Positions 1 to 10,427 of a DNA stretch of 53,832 nt are shown here, piece by piece (position 1 is the stretch's first letter; each line of letters starts with the position of its first letter). The notes under the pieces were generated by a model. The model worked only from the letters and a program-made list of their open reading frames with translations. It did no database searches and was not told the DNA's origin. The stretch is from an uncultured Candidatus Sumerlaeota bacterium (GTDB lineage: Bacteria; CAYMEV01). The stretch lies in assembly GCA_964389675.1 (NCBI GenBank), contig CAYMEV010000023.1, positions 1 to 53,832 of the forward strand. The letters run 5' to 3'. The position numbers were made by a program, and so were the translations under genes.

Positions 1-301
1 TAAATTGGGTATTTTTATTTGTCGTTAGTGAGTAGGAATATTTGTCGCCAGACAAGGCAGGCTGAATCCTGACTGGGATTCCATTTCATTATAGAAAAAT
101 TCAGCAGAGCTTACAGTGACCGCTGAATAATTTTTCTCAATGTATTTTATTATATCCAGAATTTTCCTCGTCCTGATAAGTTTATGATCATTTTCCTGTA
201 CTATATCTGTTTTTAAAAAAAATCTCTATAAATATTCTAAAAGAAAACCTTTCCTTTCCGCTGCTAACCATCATATTTATGAAATAATTTTTAATTTGGT
301 A

Positions 302-330
302 TTGAATTCCTTTGTAAAAGATTCTATAAT
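302..330 (+). promoter_or_regulatory. Putative sigma70-type promoter of the lipoprotein gene
   Basis: TTGAAT (302-307), 17 nt, TATAAT (325-330), upstream of SD AAGGAG (357-362). Confidence 0.6.
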
Positions 331-368
331 ATTAAAAAATAATAATGAAATCGCAAAAGGAGTTTGTA

Positions 369-1343
369 ATGCATAAAAAATACCTGGATAATATTTTATG
401 GATTATTGCCCTTCTGGCATCAATTGCAATGACAGGCTGTTATTCATGGCATCCGGTTGTGGTTAATCCTTACCTTAATGCTAAAAGTGAGATAATTATC
501 AGGCCGGAACTCCAGGAATTACTGGATAAAAACGGACAGAACCTGAAAATTGTTCTCAGGGTGCCCGCCATGCCTCCGCAGGTATCACAGGCTGACATAA
601 TAGCAAAAAACAAACTTTATGACATCATAGAAAGAGCGCTGTACAAGGCCGGCTTCACCGTTCGCGACAGGGCTCTGCTTGAGAAAGTCCTCCAGGGGGA
701 GATAGGAAGCTACCGGGAAGTGGCTGACAAGATTGATACAGATATTATCCTTGAGATTATCTCTCTTGAGACTGGCATCAAGCTAAGCCACAGGTTCTAT
801 TATGACCCTTCCACCGATACAAATGAGAAGCTTGCAGATACCATAGGAGAGAATCAGCCGGGGCCGGTATTCACACTATATGGCGGCAAGCTGGATGCCA
901 GGATAATCACAGTGAAAGACGGTTCTGTCACAGGAATAATGACTATATATGGAGTCCCCTATAGTGCAGGATTCCAGGTCCTTACACCTGCCGTAGCCCC
1001 GATGAACATAGGGGCACCCGGCTACACAGGCTTCGGAATAGGAGACGAGGAGGAAGCTGTCCAGTTCATGTCAGGGCTCGTGGTCCAGACCCTTCTTGGC
1101 TGTCAATGGATCATAAAAAGCGTAACACCCGGAAGCATTGCGGATTATTCGGGGCTTAAACCCGGGGATGAAGTGATCGAGGTAAACGGAAATAAGGTCT
1201 ATAATTTCAGTTACGGCCTGGAATTATTAAGAAACTCATGGGATTATATAGATCTGAAGATCAAAAGGCAGGGGGCGGTCAAAAATATAGAAATTGAGGA
1301 CTACTTTGGGCAGCTTATAGGGCTTGAATTTGAAAGCAGATAG
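369..1343 (+). CDS. Putative lipoprotein with CsgG/LpoB-like N-terminal region and C-terminal PDZ domain
   Basis: ATG369 follows AAGGAG; hydrophobic signal ending in lipobox AMTG-C; GFTVRDRALLEKVL..D.IL segment resembles the CsgG/TolB-N fold; C-terminal VTPGSIADYSGLKPGDEVIEVNG is a PDZ signature. Confidence 0.65.
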   Translation: MHKKYLDNILWIIALLASIAMTGCYSWHPVVVNPYLNAKSEIIIRPELQELLDKNGQNLKIVLRVPAMPPQVSQADIIAKNKLYDIIERALYKAGFTVRDRALLEKVLQGEIGSYREVADKIDTDIILEIISLETGIKLSHRFYYDPSTDTNEKLADTIGENQPGPVFTLYGGKLDARIITVKDGSVTGIMTIYGVPYSAGFQVLTPAVAPMNIGAPGYTGFGIGDEEEAVQFMSGLVVQTLLGCQWIIKSVTPGSIADYSGLKPGDEVIEVNGNKVYNFSYGLELLRNSWDYIDLKIKRQGAVKNIEIEDYFGQLIGLEFESR

Positions 1344-1404
1344 GCTGAATGGACGATTGATAATCAGATTTTTGATGCTTCATGCAGCAATTAAATGAGA
1401 AATT

Positions 1405-2169
1405 ATGGCAGACCTTAAAGATTATAAGACAGAAGGGCTCATTGAAAAGAGCATTTTCTATTTTTATGCAGTATTCATCGCCCCTGCTGTAATACCTGTC
1501 CTCCGCAATGCACTGAAGTCTCACGACACTGTACCATGGGCCGGATGGCTCATAATTGCAGCGCTAATACTTGAGACAGCAGGCATCTGGTGGCTGTCAT
1601 CCCTCTGGCGCTTCCGCGGGGGTATGCCCTATGCTGCAGGATTACCAATGCGCCTGGGGGCAGGACTGGTCATAAGCCATGTACTTCTTTCATACTTTCT
1701 TCTGCTATTTGCAATGGACATGCTTGGGCTCATGGCAGGAAAAGAAAAGGAACCATCCGCTATTGCAATCACTCTTATGGTCACGATGTTCTTCAGGGAG
1801 TTTATCTTCTGGTTCGGGGCCGCAGCAAAAAGGAATGTCAATAAGGAACCTTCACAGCTGAAGGTGATGTTTGGCAGGTTTTTCCTATTTCTTTTCAGGA
1901 TAGTTTCTTTTACTGTTTACTGGGATACTATCATTCAGATAGAGGGGATAAAAGGAGTCCCTATATTGCTGTGGATAGTACTTGGGCCGGCAATAGTACT
2001 GATCTTCATGATAATCTACCTTCCCATGCGAGCAGCTGAACTGCTTGAACTATGCTTTTACAGGGAATCTCCCAAAATGCTTGCAAAAATGGGCTGGAGC
2101 ATCATTATGAATGCTTCATTCCTGGCGCTCTATCCAATTGTCGTGGAATATGTCAGGAATTTGTTTTAA
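1405..2169 (+). CDS. Hypothetical multi-pass membrane protein
   Basis: 254-aa ORF with about 7 hydrophobic segments; no recognised motif. Confidence 0.7.
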   Translation: MADLKDYKTEGLIEKSIFYFYAVFIAPAVIPVLRNALKSHDTVPWAGWLIIAALILETAGIWWLSSLWRFRGGMPYAAGLPMRLGAGLVISHVLLSYFLLLFAMDMLGLMAGKEKEPSAIAITLMVTMFFREFIFWFGAAAKRNVNKEPSQLKVMFGRFFLFLFRIVSFTVYWDTIIQIEGIKGVPILLWIVLGPAIVLIFMIIYLPMRAAELLELCFYRESPKMLAKMGWSIIMNASFLALYPIVVEYVRNLF

Positions 2170-2465
2170 GATAACGCTGATGATATTTCATTGCATAGTA
2201 CTATGAACAGCAGGGAAGTTTCCTGCTCTGAATTAAAGTCGATTATGAGCAGTATCAAACTGAATTAATACCATTGCACCTCTGCTTACCGGAAGCATAA
2301 AGGATGGCCTGCTGGTATGCGACAGCAGTACGGGGAATATATATCCTGGGAAAAAACTGCTTTCCTCATGGGAACTGCCTGTTCCGTCATATGACACTGA
2401 TGCTGCGGCTGTCCTGGAATAAAGACAGTCAGAGAAGCAATTTTTTTACCCTAAGCGTATTCCGA

Positions 2466-3509
2466 TCAGGTATTTTTAACATAATCTGCTATAAAGGCTG
2501 CTCCGTTTTTTTCCTGGCTTTCCATGTGGCTGTTAATACATAGGGGGTTTATTTTTCTTATCCCTGCCATCCATAGATTATAATAGGAGCAGAAAACAGC
2601 AGTAAAAAGGTCCATTTTATTAAGTTCATCAGAGGAAAGGGGACATAGTGATGTGTACCCTGATAAAAGAGCATCCCGGAAACGCAGATAATCCGCAGTA
2701 CCAAGACAGTGCACCAGCGCTACAGCTAAATCAAAGAGCCAGTAACCGAAACCGGAGGAATCAAAGTCAATGGGACGGGGCTGTCCATGATTGAAGATCA
2801 CATTAAAATCAAGCCCCATATCCCCGTGGATAAGTCCGAAATAGCGAGGGGCCTCACCCCATTTATCACTAAGGGCCTGAAAATGCTCAGCCACGATCTC
2901 AATATGTTTCATCTGCTCAGAGCTAAGCAGACCCCAGCATTCACCCTCCTGCAACCCGATCTCTTCATCATTCATAAATAATCCCTTCCAGTCATATCTA
3001 CGCTTCTCAATGTTCTTAAAGGGGACCCTCCAGTTTTGTGAAAAAGCATGCATAGCCGCCATAAGTTTTCCCTGGGCAGTATAATGCTTTGCCTGTCCGT
3101 AACCGGGCAGGTGCTTCCCTTTCACCCAGCGGGTCATAGCAACTAAACGGATATGGGAAGAACCATTGACTGGAAAGCTTGTAAGCATACTGCCTTCATT
3201 ATTCAGCATGGGTTCAGGAACAGGCAGGCCAGCCCTGAACATCGCTTGGAGCCATGCAAGCTCCAGGCTGATAGACTCGGCTGTCTGCCAGCCTGGCTGG
3301 TAGAGACGCAAAAGGAACTGTCCCCTGATAAAAAGATCAGATTCGCAAAAAAAAGCATCCGGTGCATAGACCCGGTAAAGGGTATTGCCTGAATGATGAA
3401 GAAAGCTCATTGAAGCATGTTCAAGGCCATAAGCGCCCAAAGCCTTTTTTGCATAAGCATGCTCTTTGCGGAGCCGTCCAAGGCGAGTAAGTTTTTTATC
3501 GGACCTCAT
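2466..3509 (-). CDS. APH/choline-kinase superfamily phosphotransferase (type II homoserine kinase/YerI-like)
   Basis: N.LYRV, LRLYQPG, ELAWL..GLPVPEP, catalytic IHGDM..NV and IDFD..G.GYWLFDLA motifs. Confidence 0.85.
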   Translation of the reverse strand: MRSDKKLTRLGRLRKEHAYAKKALGAYGLEHASMSFLHHSGNTLYRVYAPDAFFCESDLFIRGQFLLRLYQPGWQTAESISLELAWLQAMFRAGLPVPEPMLNNEGSMLTSFPVNGSSHIRLVAMTRWVKGKHLPGYGQAKHYTAQGKLMAAMHAFSQNWRVPFKNIEKRRYDWKGLFMNDEEIGLQEGECWGLLSSEQMKHIEIVAEHFQALSDKWGEAPRYFGLIHGDMGLDFNVIFNHGQPRPIDFDSSGFGYWLFDLAVALVHCLGTADYLRFRDALLSGYTSLCPLSSDELNKMDLFTAVFCSYYNLWMAGIRKINPLCINSHMESQEKNGAAFIADYVKNT

Positions 3510-3736
3510 TTTTGATATTCCCTTATTATAATCATTTTGCTTAATAATACGGTATATGCAAAAAATATACAGGAGAAAAATGCATTTTATGCTGGAAATC
3601 TTATTATCCCTGCAGTATTCAGATATAAATTTGAAATTTTGCCATTTTTTTCTTTTAAAACCATTTTATTTGATACCTGTTTTAAGGTATACTATCTGAA
3701 ATACAGGGAAAATAATAAGAAAAAGGAGGACAGGTA

Positions 3737-4579
3737 ATGGAAAAAGGCGTAACCCACAAATATATTTTGTCCAGGGCATTTATAATAATGATATGCCTAA
3801 TTTTTATTTTTTCGTCAGTATCTTCAGCAGGGGCAAAAATACCAGACAATAAGCAACTTCAGTCGATTACACTTGAGGCCCTTATGAAATTCAATGAGGC
3901 TGTCAGGATAAAGAGCTTCAATAAATTCCATGCTTTTATCTCAAAATTCTGGCAGAAACAGATTACTTCAGAGGAACTGAAAGGAATATTTCAAGCCTTC
4001 ATAGATGCTGAGATCGATCTATCCCCTATCAGGAATCTTGAGGCAGTATTTGATGTTTCTCCCTGGATCAGCGATGACGGATGGCTGGAGGTTATAGGCC
4101 ATTACCCGAGCATGCCGAGCCGGACTGCTTTCAACCTTACCTATCTGCAGGAAAAGGGAAAGTGGAAACTGGTAGGAATAAATGTACAGGTCTATGCTCC
4201 TGATAAGCTGGTGCCTTTTGACCCTGTCCTTGCAGAGATGGCACAGGAAACCCTTATTAATTTCAGCAGGGCAATCCGGGCAAAAGATTTTACAGCTTTT
4301 CACAGATCAATTTCAACATTGTGGAGGCAGCAGACTACTCCTGATGAACTCAAGGAAGCATTCAAGACCTTTATCGATAATGATTTCAGCCTTAAAGAAG
4401 TAGAAAAGGTCAAACCTCAGATAGACCCCGGGGCATCAATCGAAGAATATGAAGAATACAATGTCTTAAACTTCTCAGGAGTCTTCAGCCTTGATGAAGG
4501 CACTCTCCGCTTCAGCCTGCAGTATCTCATGGAAGCTGGGGAATGGAAGCTGGCGGCAATTAATGTTAATATAAAATAG
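3737..4579 (+). CDS. Secreted hypothetical protein with two tandem ~120-aa domains (NTF2-like fold suspected)
   Basis: SD AAGGAGG; signal peptide; internal repeat FH..IS..W..Q.T..ELK..F..FID ... Y..E.G.WKL..INV occurs twice. Confidence 0.75.
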   Translation: MEKGVTHKYILSRAFIIMICLIFIFSSVSSAGAKIPDNKQLQSITLEALMKFNEAVRIKSFNKFHAFISKFWQKQITSEELKGIFQAFIDAEIDLSPIRNLEAVFDVSPWISDDGWLEVIGHYPSMPSRTAFNLTYLQEKGKWKLVGINVQVYAPDKLVPFDPVLAEMAQETLINFSRAIRAKDFTAFHRSISTLWRQQTTPDELKEAFKTFIDNDFSLKEVEKVKPQIDPGASIEEYEEYNVLNFSGVFSLDEGTLRFSLQYLMEAGEWKLAAINVNIK

Positions 4580-4602
4580 TGCTTTTAGTGGGTTAGCAGG
4601 TA

Positions 4603-6015
4603 TTAATTTATATAACCCAATGCTCTAAGCTCAGATTTTATGCTTTCGTCATATTCCTGTATGGATGACTCTGCATTCCCTGGATCTATACTCTGATATC
4701 TCCTGGCCTTTTTTTCCAGGTTTTCTGCAGCCTGCTTATTTTCACCTATTATATTATTTCTCTCCTCCCTGTCCTGCTGTATATCAAAGAGCATTGTTTT
4801 CCCATCGTTACGTCTGATATACTTAAGATTTTTATCAATAATTGATACTGTGCCAGGCCCATAAGCCGGAGATGATGAGATGATCGGTTTTCCTGGCAAT
4901 TCGGAAAGAGATTTTTCATTCTTTAGATATGGCCACAGGTTCCTTCCCTGAAATCCTGGGTAAGGTTCTAGCCCCACAGCTGCTAATATGGTCGGGCTGA
5001 TATCGATATGATCGACATGGTTATTGATTGTTTCAGGGCAAGCCCCGCATAATCTCGTCCAGTAAAATACAAGAGGAATATGGAGCTGTTCCTCAAACAT
5101 GGAATGACCGTGAGCAACCCCGTATATGCCGCGAGGGTCATTGCCCATATCCTTTTCTGCCCTGGCATGCTCCCAGAATTCTTCACCGTGATCAGACGTT
5201 ATAATGATCAATGTGTCCTCCAAAAGGTCATTATGCTCCAGGAACCGGATTAATCTGGCGATCTCCTGATCGACATACAGTAAAGCCCCGTCATATACTG
5301 CTATACGATGCGCCCTGAAATCAGAGAACTGGCTGGTATCAAGTTTCTCCCCTTTCTGGAATTGCCATCCCTGGTGCTCCTCTCCTCTTTTGCCTTCTGC
5401 ATCAGCAGGAAAATAATTGAAAAAACCTGGTGGGGGATTAACAGGATGGTGAAGGTCTATATACTGAATATAGCAGAAAAAGCGTTTGTCCTTAATATCT
5501 GCAATCCATTCAATGGCCTTATCTGTAAGATCGTTTGCGGGCATCCTTTTTATATGATTTATCGAAAAACCATGCTCCACCTGGTAGACCAGGAACGGAT
5601 TAGCGGAAAACATGCCGGTCTGCCAGCTGTTCTCCTTCATTAAACATCCAATACTGGGAATGGATCTGTTTATTACCGTGGGCAGATTTTCATCCAGGCA
5701 TTTTAATCTGCCAGGCACTTCTGCCTGATGCTGCCATGGGTATAATGAGGTTAAAATGCTCATAACAGCAGGCACAGTCCAGCTTGACTGAGCATAAGCC
5801 TTATTGAAAATAATACCCTCCTCTGCCAGTTTATCAATATTTGGAGTGGTGCATCTTTCATATCCAGTATAGCCAAGGTGGTCATAACGCAGAGTATCTA
5901 TGCATATTACAATGATATTATTTATTTGATCAGGTTTTATTCTGTAAAAGTATATAATGCTTCCGGCAATTAATATTAACGCTGAAAGTAAAATGGTAAT
6001 CCTGATCGCTCTCAT
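4603..6015 (-). CDS. Sulfatase-like hydrolase/transferase (alkaline phosphatase superfamily), N-terminally anchored
   Basis: IDTLRYDH, SSWTVPA, D.HHP, TSDHGE, HGH, LFDIQQDREE and C-terminal LRALGYIN motifs. Confidence 0.85.
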   Translation of the reverse strand: MRAIRITILLSALILIAGSIIYFYRIKPDQINNIIVICIDTLRYDHLGYTGYERCTTPNIDKLAEEGIIFNKAYAQSSWTVPAVMSILTSLYPWQHQAEVPGRLKCLDENLPTVINRSIPSIGCLMKENSWQTGMFSANPFLVYQVEHGFSINHIKRMPANDLTDKAIEWIADIKDKRFFCYIQYIDLHHPVNPPPGFFNYFPADAEGKRGEEHQGWQFQKGEKLDTSQFSDFRAHRIAVYDGALLYVDQEIARLIRFLEHNDLLEDTLIIITSDHGEEFWEHARAEKDMGNDPRGIYGVAHGHSMFEEQLHIPLVFYWTRLCGACPETINNHVDHIDISPTILAAVGLEPYPGFQGRNLWPYLKNEKSLSELPGKPIISSSPAYGPGTVSIIDKNLKYIRRNDGKTMLFDIQQDREERNNIIGENKQAAENLEKKARRYQSIDPGNAESSIQEYDESIKSELRALGYIN

Positions 6016-6112
6016 AGCATCTTTTGTAATTTATATATCATACAATAGTTTGAATTTACAGTTCTTATTAAAAAAAATTTCGATGCAGGGTATTGGATAT
6101 AGGATCAAGATA

Positions 6113-9100
6113 TCAGCCTAATTCTTCTATCATTTTCATGAATTTTGCTTTTGGTGTCGCTTTTATAAGCTTCTGGCAAAGGCTTCTTGCCTTTTTCCGA
6201 TACTGCTCTTCTCCTGTCAATTTCCAGAGCTCGTGGTTGAGACAGGCTTCCTGCTCATCAGAGACAGGCATGTCTTTAAGCATTGAAGACAGAGCTTCAG
6301 CATTTTTCTCTATCTTGTTTCTTAGGAGTGATGCTGCAAACTGCATATCCTTAATATCTAATTTTTCTGCAAGTATTGCAGATTCATTTATGGCTGTCAT
6401 GGCCTCATCATTCTTTTTAAGGCTGAACAGAATATTTGCTTTGCCTGCCAGCTGCTGGCAAAGCTCATATTTTATATCGAGATCCCGTGATATTTCTATT
6501 GCTCTTTCATAGAATTCCAGCGCAGAATCATACTGCCCCCGTTCACAGGCCAAAGATCCAATATTGGCAAGCGCTATGCTTATCCCCCTTCTATCGCCCA
6601 GTTCTTCAAAGAGTGTTTTCTGCCTTGTAAAATACTTCATGGCCTTTTCATGATCGCCATAATCTGCATAGATATTTCCAATATTATTCAGAGCTATGCT
6701 GATGCCCCATTTATCACCCATGCCCTCACATATTTTAAGATCTTTTTCAAAGCACTCCATTGCCTCTCTGAATTCTCCAAGCAAATAGTGCACAGTCCCG
6801 ATATTGCTGACAGCTGAGCTGATTCCGCTCTTATCTCCCAGTTCTTCAGAGATTTCCATTTCTTCCTGAAAGCACTCCATTGCCTTTTTAAATTCATTCC
6901 TTTCTTTATATACAACACCCATATTTCCGACAGTTATGCTCCTGCCCCTTTTATCACCAAGCTCTTTGCATATAAGAAGCTTTTTATTATAATATTCAAT
7001 TGCTTTTTTATAATCTCCCAAATAAACACAGGCATTACCAATATTTACATATGCATTGCCAATTCCCCATATATCCCCGAGTTCCTCCGATATTTCAAGC
7101 TCTTTTTCATAACACTCTATTGCCTTTTTGAAACTGCCCCTTGCCCTGTAAACGATCCCCATATTTGTCATTGCAAGGCTGATGCCTTTTTTATCGCCAA
7201 ACCTTTCACTTAAGGCCAGCAGTTCTTCATAACAATCCATGGCCTTTTCATATCTCCCCTGATAATAATGGATTATCCCAATATTCCCTATTGCTTTTGC
7301 CAGGCCTTTTTCATCCTTGATCTTCATGCATATTTCATAATCCTTTTGGAAGTATCTGATAGCCTTTTTATAATCACCCTGCTGTTCGTATATACTGCCA
7401 ATGTTCCAGAAAGCATTTTTTAGCCCTTTCAGGTATCCTTCTCTTTTTGCAATACTCTCTGCCCTTTTCAATACAATGCGTGCATCGGGATAATTTCCGC
7501 TGCATTGAAGAAGGTTCCCCAGTTTATTCAGGGTATCGACTATAATTTCAGGATATTGCAGTTCTTCTGATATCCTGAGCGAATTCTCAAATATTTCCTT
7601 TGCCCTGTTCCATTTGCCTGTCAGCTGCAGGACATCCGCCTGCCTGATAAGGGCCCGGGCTGTTTTTTCCTTCAGGTCTCTGCCATCAGCCTTATTAAGG
7701 AAGTACATCAGCCTGTCATAAAAATCCAGAGCCTGGGAATTCCTGTAATTTTCACGAGATGAATCTCCGGCTTTTTCAAGATATTCTATGGCCTTTTCCA
7801 AGTTTTCTGCTTTTTCATAATGATCTGCAAGCTCCTCATAATGCGGAAGCAGGTTGTCCTGATAAAGCTCTTCAATAATGCTTCCTGCATAATTATGGAG
7901 GCTCCTCAGGGTATCCTTGAGCTGTATTTCATAGGCAGCATCCCTGATCAGAGCATGTTTGAATATATAGCTCAGCTCTGACATGCTGTCCCAGATATTT
8001 TCCCGGCAGCCCATCTCCATCTGTTCGCTAAATTCTCTTTCCCCTGAAATGATCCCGGCAAGCTGAAGAAGATTTCCCAGCACAAGCAATGCAAATTCCC
8101 TTCCAAGGACAGAGGCTGTCTTTATCGTTTCCTTAAGTTCCGAAGACAGCCTGTCAATCCTTGCAATAATAATTCGGTTTATTCCTGAAGGGATCTCATA
8201 AGCCTGTTTGATGAGCCTGAAATTATCATCAAAGAGCCTGTTTTCCCTTAAATATAGAGTTATCTGCTCTGCATAGAAGGGATTGCCCCGGCTTTTCTCC
8301 CAAATAAAATCCTCTGTTTTTTCAGGAAGGCAATGTTCTGAAATATCAAGCCGGTCAATAATGAGTTTTCTTAGCATTCTTCTGCCGAAGGGCATTAATT
8401 TGAGCCTTTCTGACCTTATGCTGTCTGTCCTGGGCAGTAAGAAGCTTCCTCCCTTATCATCAGGCCTGCAGAGGGCGAGAATGATAAAGGGATATTTTTC
8501 CACATTGCGTGTCAGATGCTCTATCATCTCTATACTGTCCCTGTCGATCCAGTGTGCATCATCAAGGATCAATAACGTCGGGTTTGCCATGCTCCGGGCT
8601 TTAATGAACTGCTTTACAGCATTCAGTGTATTTTCAAAACGCTCTTTGGCATCAAGATGGCTGTAAAGGCTGTTTTCCCAGAAATATCCAAGCAGGGCTC
8701 CGATGACAGATATTTTCCGTGCAAGCTCACCGGCTGTATCTTTATCTTTTATGCTTCTGACCATTTCCATATACCTGATTTCAAAGCAGGCCTTTTTTTG
8801 CTCATGTTCAAGATTGTCATCCTGCGCAAAATACTCCTTGAGCATATGGATAAAAGGATTAAGGGATTTTCTCAAAATCTCATCGCAGGGCATGAAAAGG
8901 ACATTTGCTTTCCTTTCCTCAATAATGGCTGAAAAACTGGAAATAAGCCTTGATTTGCCAATACCCGCTATACCTTCTATATAGATAATTCCGCCGAAAT
9001 TGCCTTCAAATACGGGATATATCAATTCTAGAAGACGTTTTATCTCATCCTGCCTTCCAATGAACCTTCCTGAATATGATCTTTTATATTTCTCGGAAGC

Positions 9101-10279
9101 CTTTGATTCCAGAAGGCTTAATTCTATCTTCCTGCCGAATCCCTTTATCTGTTTTTTTCCAAGGCTCCTGAACCTGTAATCAGATGAAAGGTGTCTTCTG
9201 ATACCCGGCCCGGCGACTATCCCCTCCCAGGGAGCCTGCATCATCAGCCTTGATGCCAGGTTAACCCGGCTTCCCAGGGCTGTATATTCGCTCCGGAGCT
9301 TTGAGCCCACAAAACCTGCATAGGCTGTTCCGGCAGCAAGGCCTGCCCTGAAAACAAAGCCCTTTATGGGCTTAAGGCTTAAAGCAAAATCACAGGCTCT
9401 CTCATACAGCTTTTCCTTGCCTACTGGTGCGCCGAAGAGAACCAGAATAACACCGCCCTTGTCACCAAAATCAACGCGGTTGAAATATCCTCCGTAATCA
9501 TGGCATTGCTTTATGACTGCCTTAATAGCATCATGAAAATTGTATTCTTCCCTGAAGTTAATAAAACAGCTGATAACCTCCCTGAACTCCCCTGTATCTT
9601 TCATCCTGGTTACAGAAGGGGGTACGAAGCTTTCCTGCAGGGATACAGGTATCCTTTTTTCTTTTTTTCCAGCATAAGGCTTTATTTTTACCAGCTCAGG
9701 GGTAATAATAGACCAGTTTTTCCCTGTTCTTTTATGATCAGAGATATAAGGCATCCTGGATTTAAAGTGATGGTCCGCAACTACCTGCATCGTATCGGCC
9801 TTATGCTCTGAGAGTGCACAGCCGTCTATTGCCTCTCCCCTGAAATACCAGGTATTCTGGATATCACCCGGAATGATCATGTAATTCACCTTTCCCCAGG
9901 ACAGTCCGATCTTTACGGACAGGCTGAAATCCCCTGCCTTTGTGGTTATCCTGCCCCGGTCCTTAAACAGGGCATTTATTGCAAAGGCAGCATTTAGAGT
10001 GTATTCAGATTTCCTTCTGTGGAATATGGCAGTGAAGGCATCGCCTGCAAATGATGATATAAATCCCCCCTCAGAGTAGACCGCCTGAATGCATGGTGTA
10101 AATATCTGATTGATGATCCTCGAGAGTATCTCTGAACCTTCTTTGCCTGATTCCATCAGCCTTTCCGTCATAGGAGTAAAGCCTGATATATCAATGAACA
10201 TTGTAAATGCGGTCAGATTTCCTGATAATCTCCCCTTACGGAGCATATCAGCTATGAATAGGGGAACAAACCTGCTCAT
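6113..10279 (-). CDS. Tandem class III nucleotidyl cyclase - STAND/AAA ATPase - TPR protein (sAC/ADCY10-like), paralogue 1
   Basis: FIDISGFT, FAGDA, GDKG, EYTALGSRVNLASR; Walker A GIAGIGKS, Walker B LILDDAHW, GNPFY, FKHALIRD; 11 40-aa TPR units. Confidence 0.9.
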   Translation of the reverse strand: MSRFVPLFIADMLRKGRLSGNLTAFTMFIDISGFTPMTERLMESGKEGSEILSRIINQIFTPCIQAVYSEGGFISSFAGDAFTAIFHRRKSEYTLNAAFAINALFKDRGRITTKAGDFSLSVKIGLSWGKVNYMIIPGDIQNTWYFRGEAIDGCALSEHKADTMQVVADHHFKSRMPYISDHKRTGKNWSIITPELVKIKPYAGKKEKRIPVSLQESFVPPSVTRMKDTGEFREVISCFINFREEYNFHDAIKAVIKQCHDYGGYFNRVDFGDKGGVILVLFGAPVGKEKLYERACDFALSLKPIKGFVFRAGLAAGTAYAGFVGSKLRSEYTALGSRVNLASRLMMQAPWEGIVAGPGIRRHLSSDYRFRSLGKKQIKGFGRKIELSLLESKASEKYKRSYSGRFIGRQDEIKRLLELIYPVFEGNFGGIIYIEGIAGIGKSRLISSFSAIIEERKANVLFMPCDEILRKSLNPFIHMLKEYFAQDDNLEHEQKKACFEIRYMEMVRSIKDKDTAGELARKISVIGALLGYFWENSLYSHLDAKERFENTLNAVKQFIKARSMANPTLLILDDAHWIDRDSIEMIEHLTRNVEKYPFIILALCRPDDKGGSFLLPRTDSIRSERLKLMPFGRRMLRKLIIDRLDISEHCLPEKTEDFIWEKSRGNPFYAEQITLYLRENRLFDDNFRLIKQAYEIPSGINRIIIARIDRLSSELKETIKTASVLGREFALLVLGNLLQLAGIISGEREFSEQMEMGCRENIWDSMSELSYIFKHALIRDAAYEIQLKDTLRSLHNYAGSIIEELYQDNLLPHYEELADHYEKAENLEKAIEYLEKAGDSSRENYRNSQALDFYDRLMYFLNKADGRDLKEKTARALIRQADVLQLTGKWNRAKEIFENSLRISEELQYPEIIVDTLNKLGNLLQCSGNYPDARIVLKRAESIAKREGYLKGLKNAFWNIGSIYEQQGDYKKAIRYFQKDYEICMKIKDEKGLAKAIGNIGIIHYYQGRYEKAMDCYEELLALSERFGDKKGISLAMTNMGIVYRARGSFKKAIECYEKELEISEELGDIWGIGNAYVNIGNACVYLGDYKKAIEYYNKKLLICKELGDKRGRSITVGNMGVVYKERNEFKKAMECFQEEMEISEELGDKSGISSAVSNIGTVHYLLGEFREAMECFEKDLKICEGMGDKWGISIALNNIGNIYADYGDHEKAMKYFTRQKTLFEELGDRRGISIALANIGSLACERGQYDSALEFYERAIEISRDLDIKYELCQQLAGKANILFSLKKNDEAMTAINESAILAEKLDIKDMQFAASLLRNKIEKNAEALSSMLKDMPVSDEQEACLNHELWKLTGEEQYRKKARSLCQKLIKATPKAKFMKMIEELG
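6344..7663 (-). repeat. Eleven tandem 120-nt (40-aa) TPR-like repeats in paralogue 1
   Basis: Gap-free 40-aa periodicity, consensus A..NIG.IY...G.Y.KA.E.F.K.L.I.EELGDK.G; DNA-level echoes such as cactccattgcct recur 120 nt apart. Confidence 0.85.
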
Positions 10280-10427
10280 CTGGCTTTTATATCCTTTCCA
10301 TATTACTATATTTTATTTTTCCTTCAGTGCAATATCCTGGGATATCAGGATTATTTTTTCCTGGTTATTATAATAATATCTCATCTTCTTATGAAGGACC
10401 ATGCACATAAACTGCTTTTTTAGCTCT

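Noticed and set aside
64-137. Two hairpins at the window start as an ncRNA
   Set aside because: Short stems with no recognisable family motif; more likely terminator-like or chance structures
2304-2543. Small intergenic ORFs (2304-2543, 3537-3737, 33291-33545)
   Set aside because: No SD or motif, low-complexity composition, and overlap with promoters or real genes
6344-7663. 120-nt periodicity as a CRISPR array or DGR template/variable repeat
   Set aside because: Repeats are in-frame, degenerate coding TPR units; there is no identical repeat-spacer pattern, no cas or reverse transcriptase gene, and no adenine-specific mismatch pair was seen
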